Source of the DNA: Cyanobacteria bacterium J06626_4
Lineage (GTDB): Bacteria; Cyanobacteriota; Cyanobacteriia; Phormidesmidales; Phormidesmidaceae
Direction of reading: 5' to 3'
Assembly (NCBI GenBank): GCA_038523235.1
Contig: JBCBJQ010000002.1
Span: 32,001 to 96,000, forward strand
Length of the DNA: 64,000 nucleotides
Shown here: positions 39,058 through 48,450 of the stretch, piece by piece
How positions within the stretch are numbered: the stretch's first letter is position 1
How the letters are laid out: each line of letters opens with the position of its first letter
Position numbers and translations under genes: made by a program
The notes under the pieces: generated by a model
What the model was told of the DNA's origin: nothing
The model's database searches: none
What the model saw: the letters and a program-made list of their open reading frames with translations, nothing else

Positions 39058-39594
39058 CTAGTTAGACCGAAACTTTTTAACCCAGAATGGGTTGAGAAAA
39101 AGATAAGATCCGCTGATGACGACTGTCAGCGTAACCAGCAGCGAAACCACTTGAATCAGATTGCCCAGCCCGGCATGGAGCCATTTAAGCAGCCCCTGTT
39201 GGGCCAAGAATGCTTCAGTATTGAAACCGTATTTCAGCAGCTCTCCCGTTTGGGCATTGATATATCCCTCAATGTGTTGTGTTTGATTTTTGAACTGATA
39301 AATATTCAGCTTTGGGAAATAGGTAATGGCATCGATTTCGCTGACCGTGCCAATCCCTTCTAAATGTTGATTTAGGAGAGCCTGCGTGGCTTGCTGTCGG
39401 GAAAACGGTGGCACGGCATCGACCACGGTGGACATTGGCAGGCGGTTATCAATCTGAGGCGAATCAGCGGCTAACAGCGGCGGCAGGGCGATCGCTTCTA
39501 TCCCCCAAATCAGCGTTAAAATCACTACGCTCAGACCTAGCCAACGATGCAATCGTCGAAATCCGTTCGATATGCGCTGCTTGATGCTCATCAT
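39058..39594 (-). CDS. PepSY-associated TM helix protein
   Basis: RRLHRWLGL, INAQTGELL, WLHAG, SGSYL. Confidence 0.75.
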   Translation of the reverse strand: MMSIKQRISNGFRRLHRWLGLSVVILTLIWGIEAIALPPLLAADSPQIDNRLPMSTVVDAVPPFSRQQATQALLNQHLEGIGTVSEIDAITYFPKLNIYQFKNQTQHIEGYINAQTGELLKYGFNTEAFLAQQGLLKWLHAGLGNLIQVVSLLVTLTVVISGSYLFLNPFWVKKFRSN

Positions 39595-39597
39595 GCC

Positions 39598-42132
39598 TCA
39601 AAACCTAGTCCTGAATTGCACGCCATAGGTGGCGGGGGCACCATAGGAAGCGATAGTCCCAATTGGGGGGAGAGAAAACGCTTGGTTAATGTATTCGATA
39701 TCAAAAAGATTGTTGGCAAATAAATAGAGCCCAAAATGTTCGGTTTCATAGCCTAAACGAGCATTCACAATGGCATAGGGATCTTGTTTAAGCGTATTGG
39801 CATCATCAAAAAAAGTTTCGCCTAGTCCTTGCAGCTCAACTCGTCCGAAGAGGCCGATAGGATCGCGATATTGCACGGCCAGATTGTAGGAAATGCTAGG
39901 GGCAAACGTCAGTTGATTGCCACTGACATCGCTGCCGGTAAAGGGGTTCGTAAAATCAGTGAATTCAGCATCCACTAAACCAAAGCCAGCAATAATATCT
40001 AAACCTGTTAGGGGCGTTGCTCTGGCTTCTAATTCAAAGCCGGTAATACTGACATCGGCATTGTCCGTAAACGATCCCCCAATGTCATCAAATAAAATTA
40101 CTTGAAAATCTTCAACGGGGTTGTGAAAGATCGCCAGATTAATGGCGAGGCGATCGTCCAACCATGACGATTTCAAGCCGACTTCGTAATTCCAAGAGCG
40201 CTCGGCTTCATAAGTCGCGGTTTCTTCGCTACCGGGACCAAAATTAGCTCCAGGTGGTCGATAGCCCCGAGTGATGCTGCCATAAGCCAGCATGCTAGGC
40301 GCGAATCGATATTCCGCCACAAAGCGGGGCAGAAGGATATCACCATTTTGTTCAATATCGTTGAGAGGTAACAGGGTCGAATCTGGGAAACCAGGAATGC
40401 GAATAGTGCGCTCAAAATTTTCCAACGTGCTGGTGGTCGATTCATACCTCAGACCGGTTGTTAGCGTCAGCGCATCAATGGGCCGATAGCTCACCTGCCC
40501 AAAGAGAGCAAACGCGTCGCTGTTGACTTCGCTATTGGTGATATTGAGCGTCCCTTCTGGAAACGGTAACCCCAGCAATGAGAATGCATCAGCCCCATAG
40601 CGAAAGCCATTATTTGTTGAGTCAAGTTGATTGGATTCATAATAGGCTCCCGCCAACCACTCAAAACGGTTCGCTGTTTCCGGGGATTGGAAGCGTAGTT
40701 CTTGACTGAAGACACGAGTACCAAGTTCATCAACGAGGCGTACCACGGCATCCGCAGCGGTATAGTCACCGTCATATTCAAAATCATTGCGAGACAGGCG
40801 ATGAGCTGTAATCGAGGTCGCACGAAAGTCGGGGTGGGTATAAGCAACCCGAAGGGACTGAGCATTGACTGTTAGCTCATTAAAGCCATCAAGATTTTGC
40901 TCCGCTTCAAAAGGATTCGATTGATTGAGGGGGACATAGGAGCTGGCACCATCCTGATAATCATCAAAAGAGGCGTTTAAAGCGACTTCCCAGGCTTCAG
41001 ACGGGGTCCACAGCAGTCGAATCCGTCCTGTCCCGCCGGATTGTTCATTAACGCTGTTATCTAAGAGCGTGTTGCGGACGTAGCCATCACGTGAGCCGTA
41101 ACTACCCGATAACCGAAAAAACAGGTTGTCCTCAATCAGCGGTCCACTAGCGCTGGCTCTTAGATCCAAATCGTTAAAGTTGCCATAGCTCGCAATGCCG
41201 CTAAATTCAAATTCGTTGGTCGGCCTGCGGGTAATGAGATTCACGACACCAGCTAGAGAGTTGCGGCCATATAGAACGTTTTGAGGGCCACGCAACACCT
41301 CCACTCGCTCCAAATCGGGGAGATCGACATCCAAAAAGGCCGCAAAACCGTAAGGCACTCCATCGATGTAGAAATCAACCGGATCGCGGTTCGCGATGAC
41401 CGAGGAATTGGACAGTCCGCGAATACTATACAAACCAAAGGAGCGATCGCCACTGGGAAAGAAGGAAAAGTTGGGCGTATTGCGAGCAACCTCTTCCAAA
41501 GACGTGATGTCGGCATCCTCAATTTCCTGTTCTGTAATGGCTGTGATGCTAATCGGGACATCTTGAAGGTCTTCCGGCGTTTTCTCTGCCGTGACAATAA
41601 TCCGCACCGCTTCTGCTACCGCTTCTGCTTCTGTCTCGGGCATTTCTGTAGTGTCGGCGGTGGGAGCAACATCGGGACTAATTGCTAACACCAATCCTTG
41701 CGGATCAACACTGACAGTTGCGGTTGGCGGAGTCGCCGCGCCAGTAATCGCAACCCGAACAGTATTGTCAGTTAAGTTAGAAACCGTAATCAGGGCAATC
41801 CCGGCAATCGGGTTAGCGGCCTGAAAGTCTTCGCCATCCGGCAAACTCAGTGCTGCATTGGGAATATCCACAATGAGGGCGTTCCCCAGCATGGTAGTCG
41901 GCGACACTTCTAGCGCGCCCTCAGCCGTGCTCAAGCCAACATTTAACCCGCTTGCGGTGGGGGTTAAATGTACCGCCATAATTTGGGTAATGCTTGCCTG
42001 CGCTTGCCGTAATGACGGCGCTTCTATCCCCTGGGCAAAGACCGGTTGGGCGATCGCCACCGTGATCGCGGCAGTTGCATACGGTATGCCCCAGCTATTC
42101 GATAACCACTCTCTCACCACGTTATGCCTCAA
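39598..42132 (-). CDS. TonB-dependent receptor with AMIN domain (FyuA-like), paralog of 30823-33279
   Basis: VTAEKTPEDLQDVPISIT; LERVEVLRGPQNVLYGRN; YGAPATYGVQFRTRF. Confidence 0.93.
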   Translation of the reverse strand: MRHNVVREWLSNSWGIPYATAAITVAIAQPVFAQGIEAPSLRQAQASITQIMAVHLTPTASGLNVGLSTAEGALEVSPTTMLGNALIVDIPNAALSLPDGEDFQAANPIAGIALITVSNLTDNTVRVAITGAATPPTATVSVDPQGLVLAISPDVAPTADTTEMPETEAEAVAEAVRIIVTAEKTPEDLQDVPISITAITEQEIEDADITSLEEVARNTPNFSFFPSGDRSFGLYSIRGLSNSSVIANRDPVDFYIDGVPYGFAAFLDVDLPDLERVEVLRGPQNVLYGRNSLAGVVNLITRRPTNEFEFSGIASYGNFNDLDLRASASGPLIEDNLFFRLSGSYGSRDGYVRNTLLDNSVNEQSGGTGRIRLLWTPSEAWEVALNASFDDYQDGASSYVPLNQSNPFEAEQNLDGFNELTVNAQSLRVAYTHPDFRATSITAHRLSRNDFEYDGDYTAADAVVRLVDELGTRVFSQELRFQSPETANRFEWLAGAYYESNQLDSTNNGFRYGADAFSLLGLPFPEGTLNITNSEVNSDAFALFGQVSYRPIDALTLTTGLRYESTTSTLENFERTIRIPGFPDSTLLPLNDIEQNGDILLPRFVAEYRFAPSMLAYGSITRGYRPPGANFGPGSEETATYEAERSWNYEVGLKSSWLDDRLAINLAIFHNPVEDFQVILFDDIGGSFTDNADVSITGFELEARATPLTGLDIIAGFGLVDAEFTDFTNPFTGSDVSGNQLTFAPSISYNLAVQYRDPIGLFGRVELQGLGETFFDDANTLKQDPYAIVNARLGYETEHFGLYLFANNLFDIEYINQAFSLPPIGTIASYGAPATYGVQFRTRF

Positions 42133-42172
42133 AGACGCAACCTCGCATCACAAGGTTTATGGAGGTAGATTA

Positions 42173-42191
42173 GATGAGAATCAATCTCAAT
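42173..42191. promoter_or_regulatory. Fur-box-like site
   Basis: TGAGAAT-C-AATCTCA. Confidence 0.75.
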
Positions 42192-42252
42192 ACAGCTCCA
42201 AGCGGTATTCTTTTAGGCCCTGCGGGTATTGGCGGCGGCCTCAAAATGCTGA

Positions 42253-43281
42253 CTACTTCGCCTTAAGGGCTTTTGGCGTAATGCCAAACTTTTTCTTAAA
42301 TGCTGCCGCAAACTTGCCGGGGTGGGCGTAGCCGATCGCTTGCGCCACCTGCGTTACGTTCCAATCACCCAACGCTAACAACCGCCTCGCTTCTTCCATA
42401 CGATAGGCATGCAGATAGCCAAATACCGTGGTTTTGAAGACTTGGCGAAAGCCTTGTTTGAGTTTGAGGCTATTGATGCCAGACTGCTTTGCCAAAGTCA
42501 GTAAAGACGGCGGATTTTCTAAATCACGAATGAGAATGTCTTTAGCCAAATGAATCCGTTCAACATCATCTGATTTGAGCCCAGAGGCAGCAGTTAGATT
42601 AGGAGGCCATTCACTTAGCTGATCGAGCTGTAGCGCCACCAGCTCCAATGCTTTACTTTCCAAGTAAATTTGCTTAGTGAGACCCTGGTAAGGACATTGC
42701 AAAATCTGATGTAGCGCTATCGTCATGGCCGGTGTGACTGATTGGGTCCGCCACTGAAAACCTGCTTGAGTGCGAGAAAAAATCTGATTCAAGGGGGGAT
42801 GAGCGCAGTCTGACGATACGTTGGCGAGGGTTTCGAGCAAACGCGGGGCGACCGCCATTTGCACAAGGGTCAGTTTTTGCCCAGCTGCTGTTTTCGACGT
42901 CGTTTTGATGTCGCCTTGAAAGAAACCGGCATGCGTATCTTGCGATCGCACCACCAAATCCGTCGCCGCATCGCTCACCTGAGTGAGAAATCCGCCCGCA
43001 ACACAGAAGTTAAAACCAAACAAGGGCTGCATCTGAACATCTACACTGAAGCTGACATTTTGCTGAAAGTCCCATTCAACCACGGTCAAATCAAGGCCAT
43101 CTCGCAGATGAACGGAGTGGTTGGACCACTTTCCAAAGGGCTGATGCAGCTCCCACCTCATTTCATTTTCTTGAGCTCGAGAGTTGGTTCTTGTTTCCTG
43201 GTGACCAGTCTCTTGCTGCGATGCCGCTAGCATTTCTTGCAGGTCGCTATCGGTAAGGGATACTTCGTCACGGCTGGACAT
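42253..43281 (-). CDS. AraC-family transcriptional regulator, PchR/YbtA type
   Basis: HQILQCPYQGLTKQIYLESKALEL; PPSLLTLAK; FAAAFKKKFGITP. Confidence 0.93.
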   Translation of the reverse strand: MSSRDEVSLTDSDLQEMLAASQQETGHQETRTNSRAQENEMRWELHQPFGKWSNHSVHLRDGLDLTVVEWDFQQNVSFSVDVQMQPLFGFNFCVAGGFLTQVSDAATDLVVRSQDTHAGFFQGDIKTTSKTAAGQKLTLVQMAVAPRLLETLANVSSDCAHPPLNQIFSRTQAGFQWRTQSVTPAMTIALHQILQCPYQGLTKQIYLESKALELVALQLDQLSEWPPNLTAASGLKSDDVERIHLAKDILIRDLENPPSLLTLAKQSGINSLKLKQGFRQVFKTTVFGYLHAYRMEEARRLLALGDWNVTQVAQAIGYAHPGKFAAAFKKKFGITPKALKAK

Positions 43282-43355
43282 AAAGAATGGCCTTTAAAGC
43301 TCGTCATCGGGCATCGCACTGATGAGGCAACCCCACCTATCAGTACTTCTACCTT

Positions 43356-43374
43356 GTTGAGATCTATTGTCAAT
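43356..43374. promoter_or_regulatory. Fur-box-like site upstream of the AraC gene
   Basis: TGAGATC-T-ATTGTCA. Confidence 0.62.
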
Positions 43375-43735
43375 TTAATCATGACCAATCGCTTTACGCA
43401 CGTTTACCCGAACGATAAAAGGTCAATGTTAAGGACTGACGGTTGCTGCAGTGATCGGCTTGGCAGTGGGGATGGTTTGCTGAACCACGGTACCCAGCAA
43501 TAGAGTCCAATGCGATGAGAATAGAGGTAATTTTCTTGATTTGGGGCGTCGCGATCGCACCCTGAGTGATGACTTGAAATGGCTGCCGTCATGCATTTGA
43601 GTCTAGCTGAGATAAGTCGGGAGCTGTCATAGGTTTACAACCACCAAAAACAAGAAGCTGGTTCCTGTTTCCAGCATCTAGATCGAATGACGTTAGGAGC
43701 CTTGAAAACGGCAGCGGCAAACAGAGCGACTTAAT

Positions 43736-44941
43736 TTACCCTCCGTTCCCTGAAGCATCAGGCATCTGGTGAGCGGACTTGACCCAGGTGAGCAGCAGCG
43801 CGGCGATCGCGGCGATCGCTGCACTGAGATAAAACGGCGCTGCGACACCAACTTGGGTATAGAGCCAACCCGCCACCAAACTGGCCGGTAAGGCAACCAG
43901 CCCCACCACCAGGTAAAAGGTGCCAATTTCCGCGCCGCGCCGGTCAGGGTGAACGAGATCAGCCACAAAGGCTTTTTGCACCCCCCGCGTCAGGGTGGAA
44001 TAGAGCCCATAGAGCATGAACAGCGGCCAGATGGCAGCAGCACTGGGGGCGATCGCAAAGCCTAAATACACTAGGGCAAAGACGAGATACCCACTTGCCA
44101 GCAGTGGGCGTCGCCCCACGCGATCGGACAAGTTACCGACGGCCAACCCGAGGGACACTTCCACCAGATTAAACACCGCGTAGAGCAACAGCACCTGACT
44201 GCTAGCAAAACCTAACGCCTGCGCGCGCAGTAACAAAAAAGCATCGGACGAATTGCCCAAGCCAAATAGCCCCACGACCAGCAAAAACCGCCGATAGCTA
44301 GGCGATAGACCTTGGAAAGTAAACTTAGGGCGCGATCTCACATTTTGACGGGGCGATCGCGGTTCTTTCACCAGTGCTAGCAGGACCAAAACGCTGAGCA
44401 AAGCTGGGATGAAGGCGATCGCAAAGACCCCCCGATAGTTTTCGGGAAACTGCCACAGCCACCAAAATCCGGCCAAGGGGCCCACAATTTCACCAATCGT
44501 TTCGAGGCTATGGTGGAGCCCAAACGCCCGCCCCCGCTGCTGGGGTGAACAATTCTCTGCAATGAGGGCATCACGGGGAGCGGCTCGCAGACCTTTACCC
44601 ACGCGATCAATGATCCGCGCCCCCAACACATGGCCCCAACCGAATGAGACCGCTAGGCCCACCTTTGATAATGCTCCCAACCCGTAGCCCATCACCGCAA
44701 AGGGCTTGCGCTGCCCCACGCGATCAGATAACCAGCCCGAATAGAGCTTGAGAATACTCGCGGTACTTTCCGCAATGCCCTCCACGACGCCCACTGTCCA
44801 AGCCGGTGCCCCTAGCACCCCAGTCAAAAAGATGGGCGTTAGGGGATACACCATTTTGCTGGCAAAGTCACTCAAAAGACTGACCAAGCCCAAGGCTGAA
44901 ACTGTAGGATTGAGCCTCTGCACCGAATCAGGTTGCTTCAT
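43736..44941 (-). CDS. MFS transporter
   Basis: GWLSDRVGQRK and GNLSDRVGRR motif A; DRVGKGLRAAPRDALIA. Confidence 0.9.
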   Translation of the reverse strand: MKQPDSVQRLNPTVSALGLVSLLSDFASKMVYPLTPIFLTGVLGAPAWTVGVVEGIAESTASILKLYSGWLSDRVGQRKPFAVMGYGLGALSKVGLAVSFGWGHVLGARIIDRVGKGLRAAPRDALIAENCSPQQRGRAFGLHHSLETIGEIVGPLAGFWWLWQFPENYRGVFAIAFIPALLSVLVLLALVKEPRSPRQNVRSRPKFTFQGLSPSYRRFLLVVGLFGLGNSSDAFLLLRAQALGFASSQVLLLYAVFNLVEVSLGLAVGNLSDRVGRRPLLASGYLVFALVYLGFAIAPSAAAIWPLFMLYGLYSTLTRGVQKAFVADLVHPDRRGAEIGTFYLVVGLVALPASLVAGWLYTQVGVAAPFYLSAAIAAIAALLLTWVKSAHQMPDASGNGG

Positions 44942-44966
44942 AAATTAGCGATCGCAGTACAGCTCT

Positions 44967-44985
44967 GATGAAAATCACTCTCAAA
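44967..44985. promoter_or_regulatory. Fur-box-like site upstream of the MFS gene
   Basis: TGAAAAT-C-ACTCTCA. Confidence 0.65.
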
Positions 44986-45223
44986 AATGGAGCAGTCCTA
45001 TCCTGAGCCAGGACTCTCCAGCAGCAATATAGCAGAAGGGTTAAAGATTTCAGGTGAACGCCTGCACCCGGCACCTTTAACCCGGCACCCATTGCTCAAT
45101 ATTTGCGCCCAAAACCTTGCACTGCCTGATTCAACTGTTGCCCATGCAAGTTACTGAATCTCTTTGCATTAATAGGAAAGTATTGCAATAAGATGAGAGG
45201 AAGTCATCAATGGGATGTAACAC

Positions 45224-45712
45224 ATGACGGCCCTACCCCCTCGCCAACCACCTAATATCCTGGTGCGGATTCTCTTTCAATCCATGACCGACGAAAGTCT
45301 GTGGCACCAAATTTTCTGGCTCTTGATCAGGGTCAGTGCAGGCGGGCTGATGATTCACAACGGTCTAGATAAGTTAGCGAATGTCCAAGGCTTTGCCGAC
45401 AATGTAGTGGCCTATATCGGCCTGCCCTATCCGGTCTTTTTCACCTACTGCGCTGCCTACACCGAGATCGTCGGGGCCATCTTACTCGCGTTGGGTTTGC
45501 TGGCTCGTCCTAGTGCGGTGGCGCTGCTGGGCACCATGCTGGTCGCCATGTTCTTTCACATTAAAGGGAATGGGCTGAAAGTTACTCCGCTCGAAACAGC
45601 CGCTCTCTATGCCTCGTTTTATCTGTTCTTTTTGGTCAATGGTCCAGGCAAGTTCGCGATCGATACGTGGCTGTGGCAAAAGCTGACCCTCACCCCCTCG
45701 CCTAATTCATAA
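45224..45712 (+). CDS. DoxX-family membrane protein
   Basis: LIRV...MIHNGLDKL, TEIVGAILLALGL.AR, GPGKFAID. Confidence 0.88.
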   Translation: MTALPPRQPPNILVRILFQSMTDESLWHQIFWLLIRVSAGGLMIHNGLDKLANVQGFADNVVAYIGLPYPVFFTYCAAYTEIVGAILLALGLLARPSAVALLGTMLVAMFFHIKGNGLKVTPLETAALYASFYLFFLVNGPGKFAIDTWLWQKLTLTPSPNS

Positions 45713-45718
45713 ACTGCC

Positions 45719-46021
45719 ATGGCACAAATCTGTGTTTCACATACGCTACTGATTGTGAGTATTCTCCTCGGCCCGGTGTCTTGGTGTTGTGTGATGCTCT
45801 GGTTTGCGGTCTTAGCCCTGCAGGGACTGCATCGCCAGTTTGTACAAGCCCGACAGATTCAGGCCACACCCTGTTATCGCTGTACTTATTTTTCGGGGTG
45901 CAAACAGCTGCAGTGTGCGGTCCATCCTGACTTCGCTCTGACCGAATCGGCTAAAGACTGTCGAGACTTTACGCCATCGGCCTCACCCCAACAAGTCACC
46001 TGGTGGTACCACCAGCTTTAG
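45719..46021 (+). CDS. Small Cys-rich cyanobacterial membrane-anchored protein
   Basis: N-terminal TM followed by PCYRCTYF...LQCAVHP...CRDF; 6 nt after doxX. Confidence 0.75.
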   Translation: MAQICVSHTLLIVSILLGPVSWCCVMLWFAVLALQGLHRQFVQARQIQATPCYRCTYFSGCKQLQCAVHPDFALTESAKDCRDFTPSASPQQVTWWYHQL

Positions 46022-46033
46022 CACAACTCACCC

Positions 46034-46060
46034 GGCTAAGCATTCATCAAGTGCTTAGCC
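46034..46060 (+). terminator. Hairpin after the doxX operon
   Basis: GGCTAAGCA-N9-TGCTTAGCC. Confidence 0.5.
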
Positions 46061-46460
46061 AAGAGAGCATTAATTCAGTGTTCCTTTAGCCGCAGCGTTA
46101 CTCAGGTAAAGGTAGAGCATCTTGATAGCGTTATCCACAACTCCAGCGAACCATGCAGCACCCGCCAAAATGACCGTCGAACAAGGCTAATGAGTAGCTT
46201 TGAGTGTAGATGCACGAGTGATTTTGATTGTCTGAGGTAGAGCGCAAAGAGACCCGGTAAACCAAACGATGGGGTGCCAGTGTTGAATTTAGGCACAGCT
46301 CTAACCGACGACTCGTCAGAACTGAGGTTGGTCGCCATAGATTAAATCTGGGTTAAGGTAAATGACTATAATTGCAGTGGGCTTTTTTTAATATTAAGAG
46401 TCAGTCTTGATAAGACTAGGCACGGCAATTCGATTTTTGGGGTCTAATGGAGGTGCCTGA

Positions 46461-46706
46461 ATGGATAAATCGCTACGAGCCTTCTTATACCCTCACGCCC
46501 GCTATCAGGGGGAAGTTCGGCCAGGACACTTCATGTTTAACGCAAACTTGCAAGCGTTTGCTCAGCGTGTCGGATATATCAGTGGCTTGCATACGGGGGG
46601 ACGACTCTCGTCGGATGCCGCGATTGCAGAGATCAGTCAGCTGTGGGAGCAGTTGAAGATCAGTCGCCAACAATTAGAGATGGGTCTTTCTGAGGATAAA
46701 GGGTGA
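46461..46706 (+). CDS. Conserved cyanobacterial small protein (NANLQxFAQRV family)
   Basis: FLYP..RYQG...FNANLQAFAQRVGYISGL.TGG motif; good SD GGAGG upstream. Confidence 0.82.
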   Translation: MDKSLRAFLYPHARYQGEVRPGHFMFNANLQAFAQRVGYISGLHTGGRLSSDAAIAEISQLWEQLKISRQQLEMGLSEDKG

Positions 46707-46942
46707 GGGCAGGCGATTTCATTCGTTTGAAAGCGCCATTTACGCCCCGGTTCAACAGTCTCAATACTTACCGGTTTGGTCAGGTGGTGGCGCTGGTGAC
46801 TGTGGATGCTGATCAGATGGTCTTAGCGCACCTCTGCGATCGCCCCGGCACCACTGTTCTCACCGACGAGCAAGGACAACCGATTCTCTATGGGTTTTGG
46901 TTGCACGAGGTCGAAGATTGGCGCGATCGCCCGTTCCTGTGA
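46703..46942 (+). CDS. Hypothetical protein
   Basis: GTGA overlap with the previous stop, suggesting translational coupling. Confidence 0.55.
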   Translation: MRAGDFIRLKAPFTPRFNSLNTYRFGQVVALVTVDADQMVLAHLCDRPGTTVLTDEQGQPILYGFWLHEVEDWRDRPFL

Positions 46943-47057
46943 AATCGGCGGCGTCATGGACTGCGGACTGCAGCAAGGCCATCGAGTTGGAAAACAGAGA
47001 TTTGCTAAGCGTTGCTTGATTACCAGAAAGACGCAGTATATTAGCTATCAAGAATAA

Positions 47058-47954
47058 ATGTCATTAGGCAGGTTTATGCTGGAGATTCAAGGGCTGAGCA
47101 AGACCTACGACAACGGCATTCAGGCACTGAAAAATATTTTTCTCAAGGTTCCCCACGGCATTTTTGGATTGCTCGGGCCGAATGGGGCGGGCAAATCATC
47201 CTTGATGCGGACCTTAGCCACGCTGCAGACAGCGGATCAGGGTAACGTCACGCTAGACGGTATCGATTTGCTCCGAGATCCGCAGCAAGCGCGACGCTAT
47301 TTGGGCTATCTGCCGCAGGATTTTGGCGTGTATCCGCAAGTGTCTGCCGCTGAGTTGTTGGATCAACTGGCCGTCTTCAAAGGCTTTGTGAATGTGCGGG
47401 AACGACGGGCCATCGTGGCGGAGCAGTTGCAATTAGTCAACCTCTACGACCAGCGCGATCAAAAGCTGGGCACCTTTTCCGGCGGCATGCGGCAGCGCTT
47501 TGGCATTGCCCAAGCGCTGCTGGGGTCGCCTCGGCTTGTCATTGTGGATGAACCCACTGCTGGCTTGGATCCCGCCGAGCGCATCCGGTTTCAAAATTTG
47601 CTAGCCACGATTAGCCGCGATCGCGTCCTCCTCCTCTCCACCCATATCGTCGAAGATGTGGCCGAACTGTGCCCCAAAATGGCCATCCTCAATCGCGGCA
47701 AAATCGTACAGCAGGGCAGCCCTCGCACCCTGATGGCACATTTGCAAGGACGCGTGTGGATACGCGAAGCCACGCCCGACCACCCCATCGATCCTCGGTG
47801 GGCAATCATTACCACCCGGATGGAACGCGGGGGACGCTGCATCCGCGTCCTCAGCGATACCGCTCCCGACGCCTCCTTCCAACTCGTCGATCCCGACCTT
47901 AACGACGTTTACTTCACCGCGTTAATGGATCAGCCAGTGGCGATCGCCGTCTGA
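47058..47954 (+). CDS. ABC-2 type transporter ATP-binding protein
   Basis: GPNGAGKS, FSGGMRQR, IVDEPTAGLDP; start probably ATG 47076. Confidence 0.92.
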   Translation: MSLGRFMLEIQGLSKTYDNGIQALKNIFLKVPHGIFGLLGPNGAGKSSLMRTLATLQTADQGNVTLDGIDLLRDPQQARRYLGYLPQDFGVYPQVSAAELLDQLAVFKGFVNVRERRAIVAEQLQLVNLYDQRDQKLGTFSGGMRQRFGIAQALLGSPRLVIVDEPTAGLDPAERIRFQNLLATISRDRVLLLSTHIVEDVAELCPKMAILNRGKIVQQGSPRTLMAHLQGRVWIREATPDHPIDPRWAIITTRMERGGRCIRVLSDTAPDASFQLVDPDLNDVYFTALMDQPVAIAV

Positions 47955-48005
47955 TTGGTGCTGCGCTTTTCGCTCTTGGTTCTTGGTTTTTCGTTCTCTC
48001 ACTTC

Positions 48006-48294
48006 CTAGTGCAGCGTCAAGCTTTATTTTGTGCGTTTTCTAAATCTGGGTTGATCGCGATGCAACGTTAATTCGAGTTGAGCAACTGAACCGTATTTTC
48101 CCCTCCATGGGAGGGGTGTCCGGAGGACGGGGTGGGTTTTCGGCTGAGTTTGACCCACCCCTAGCCCCTCCCATGGAGGGGATTTGTCCTGAACAGCGAC
48201 GAGCCTGATTCAATCAGGAACTGATCCCGAGCTTAGATGATGCAATCGTTCTAAGAGATCTCAACTCACAATCTCAAACTTGACAGACCACTAG
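48006..48294. mobile_element. MITE-like non-autonomous element with an internal REP-like hairpin
   Basis: Imperfect terminal inverted repeats CTAGTGcagcGTCAAG ... CTTGACagacCACTAG; internal TCCCCTCCATGGGAGGGG...CCCCTCCCATGGAGGGGA (48099-48182). Confidence 0.7.
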
Positions 48295-48383
48295 CTTCCA
48301 CAACTCTCTTTCTCCCTATACGGGCGAGGCATTCTCGATGGAATGTTGCACACAATGACGAAGGTTGCTTCGAGAATGCCTCG

Positions 48384-48450
48384 CCCCTACTCCCCCACCC
48401 TCCTACTCCCCTACTCCCCCACCCTCCTACTCCCCTACTCCCCCACCCCT
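48384..48450 (+). repeat. 24-bp (3 x octamer) tandem repeat, ~2.8 copies
   Basis: CCCCTACTCCCCCACCCTCCTACT repeated directly before ATG 48451. Confidence 0.85.

Noticed and set aside
46102..46338. 78-aa minus-strand ORF
   Set aside because: No recognisable family or clear RBS
48343..48450. N-terminal PYSPTLLL repeats of the 1261-aa ORF
   Set aside because: Translation of an intergenic octamer repeat; family-like sequence starts at ATG 48451
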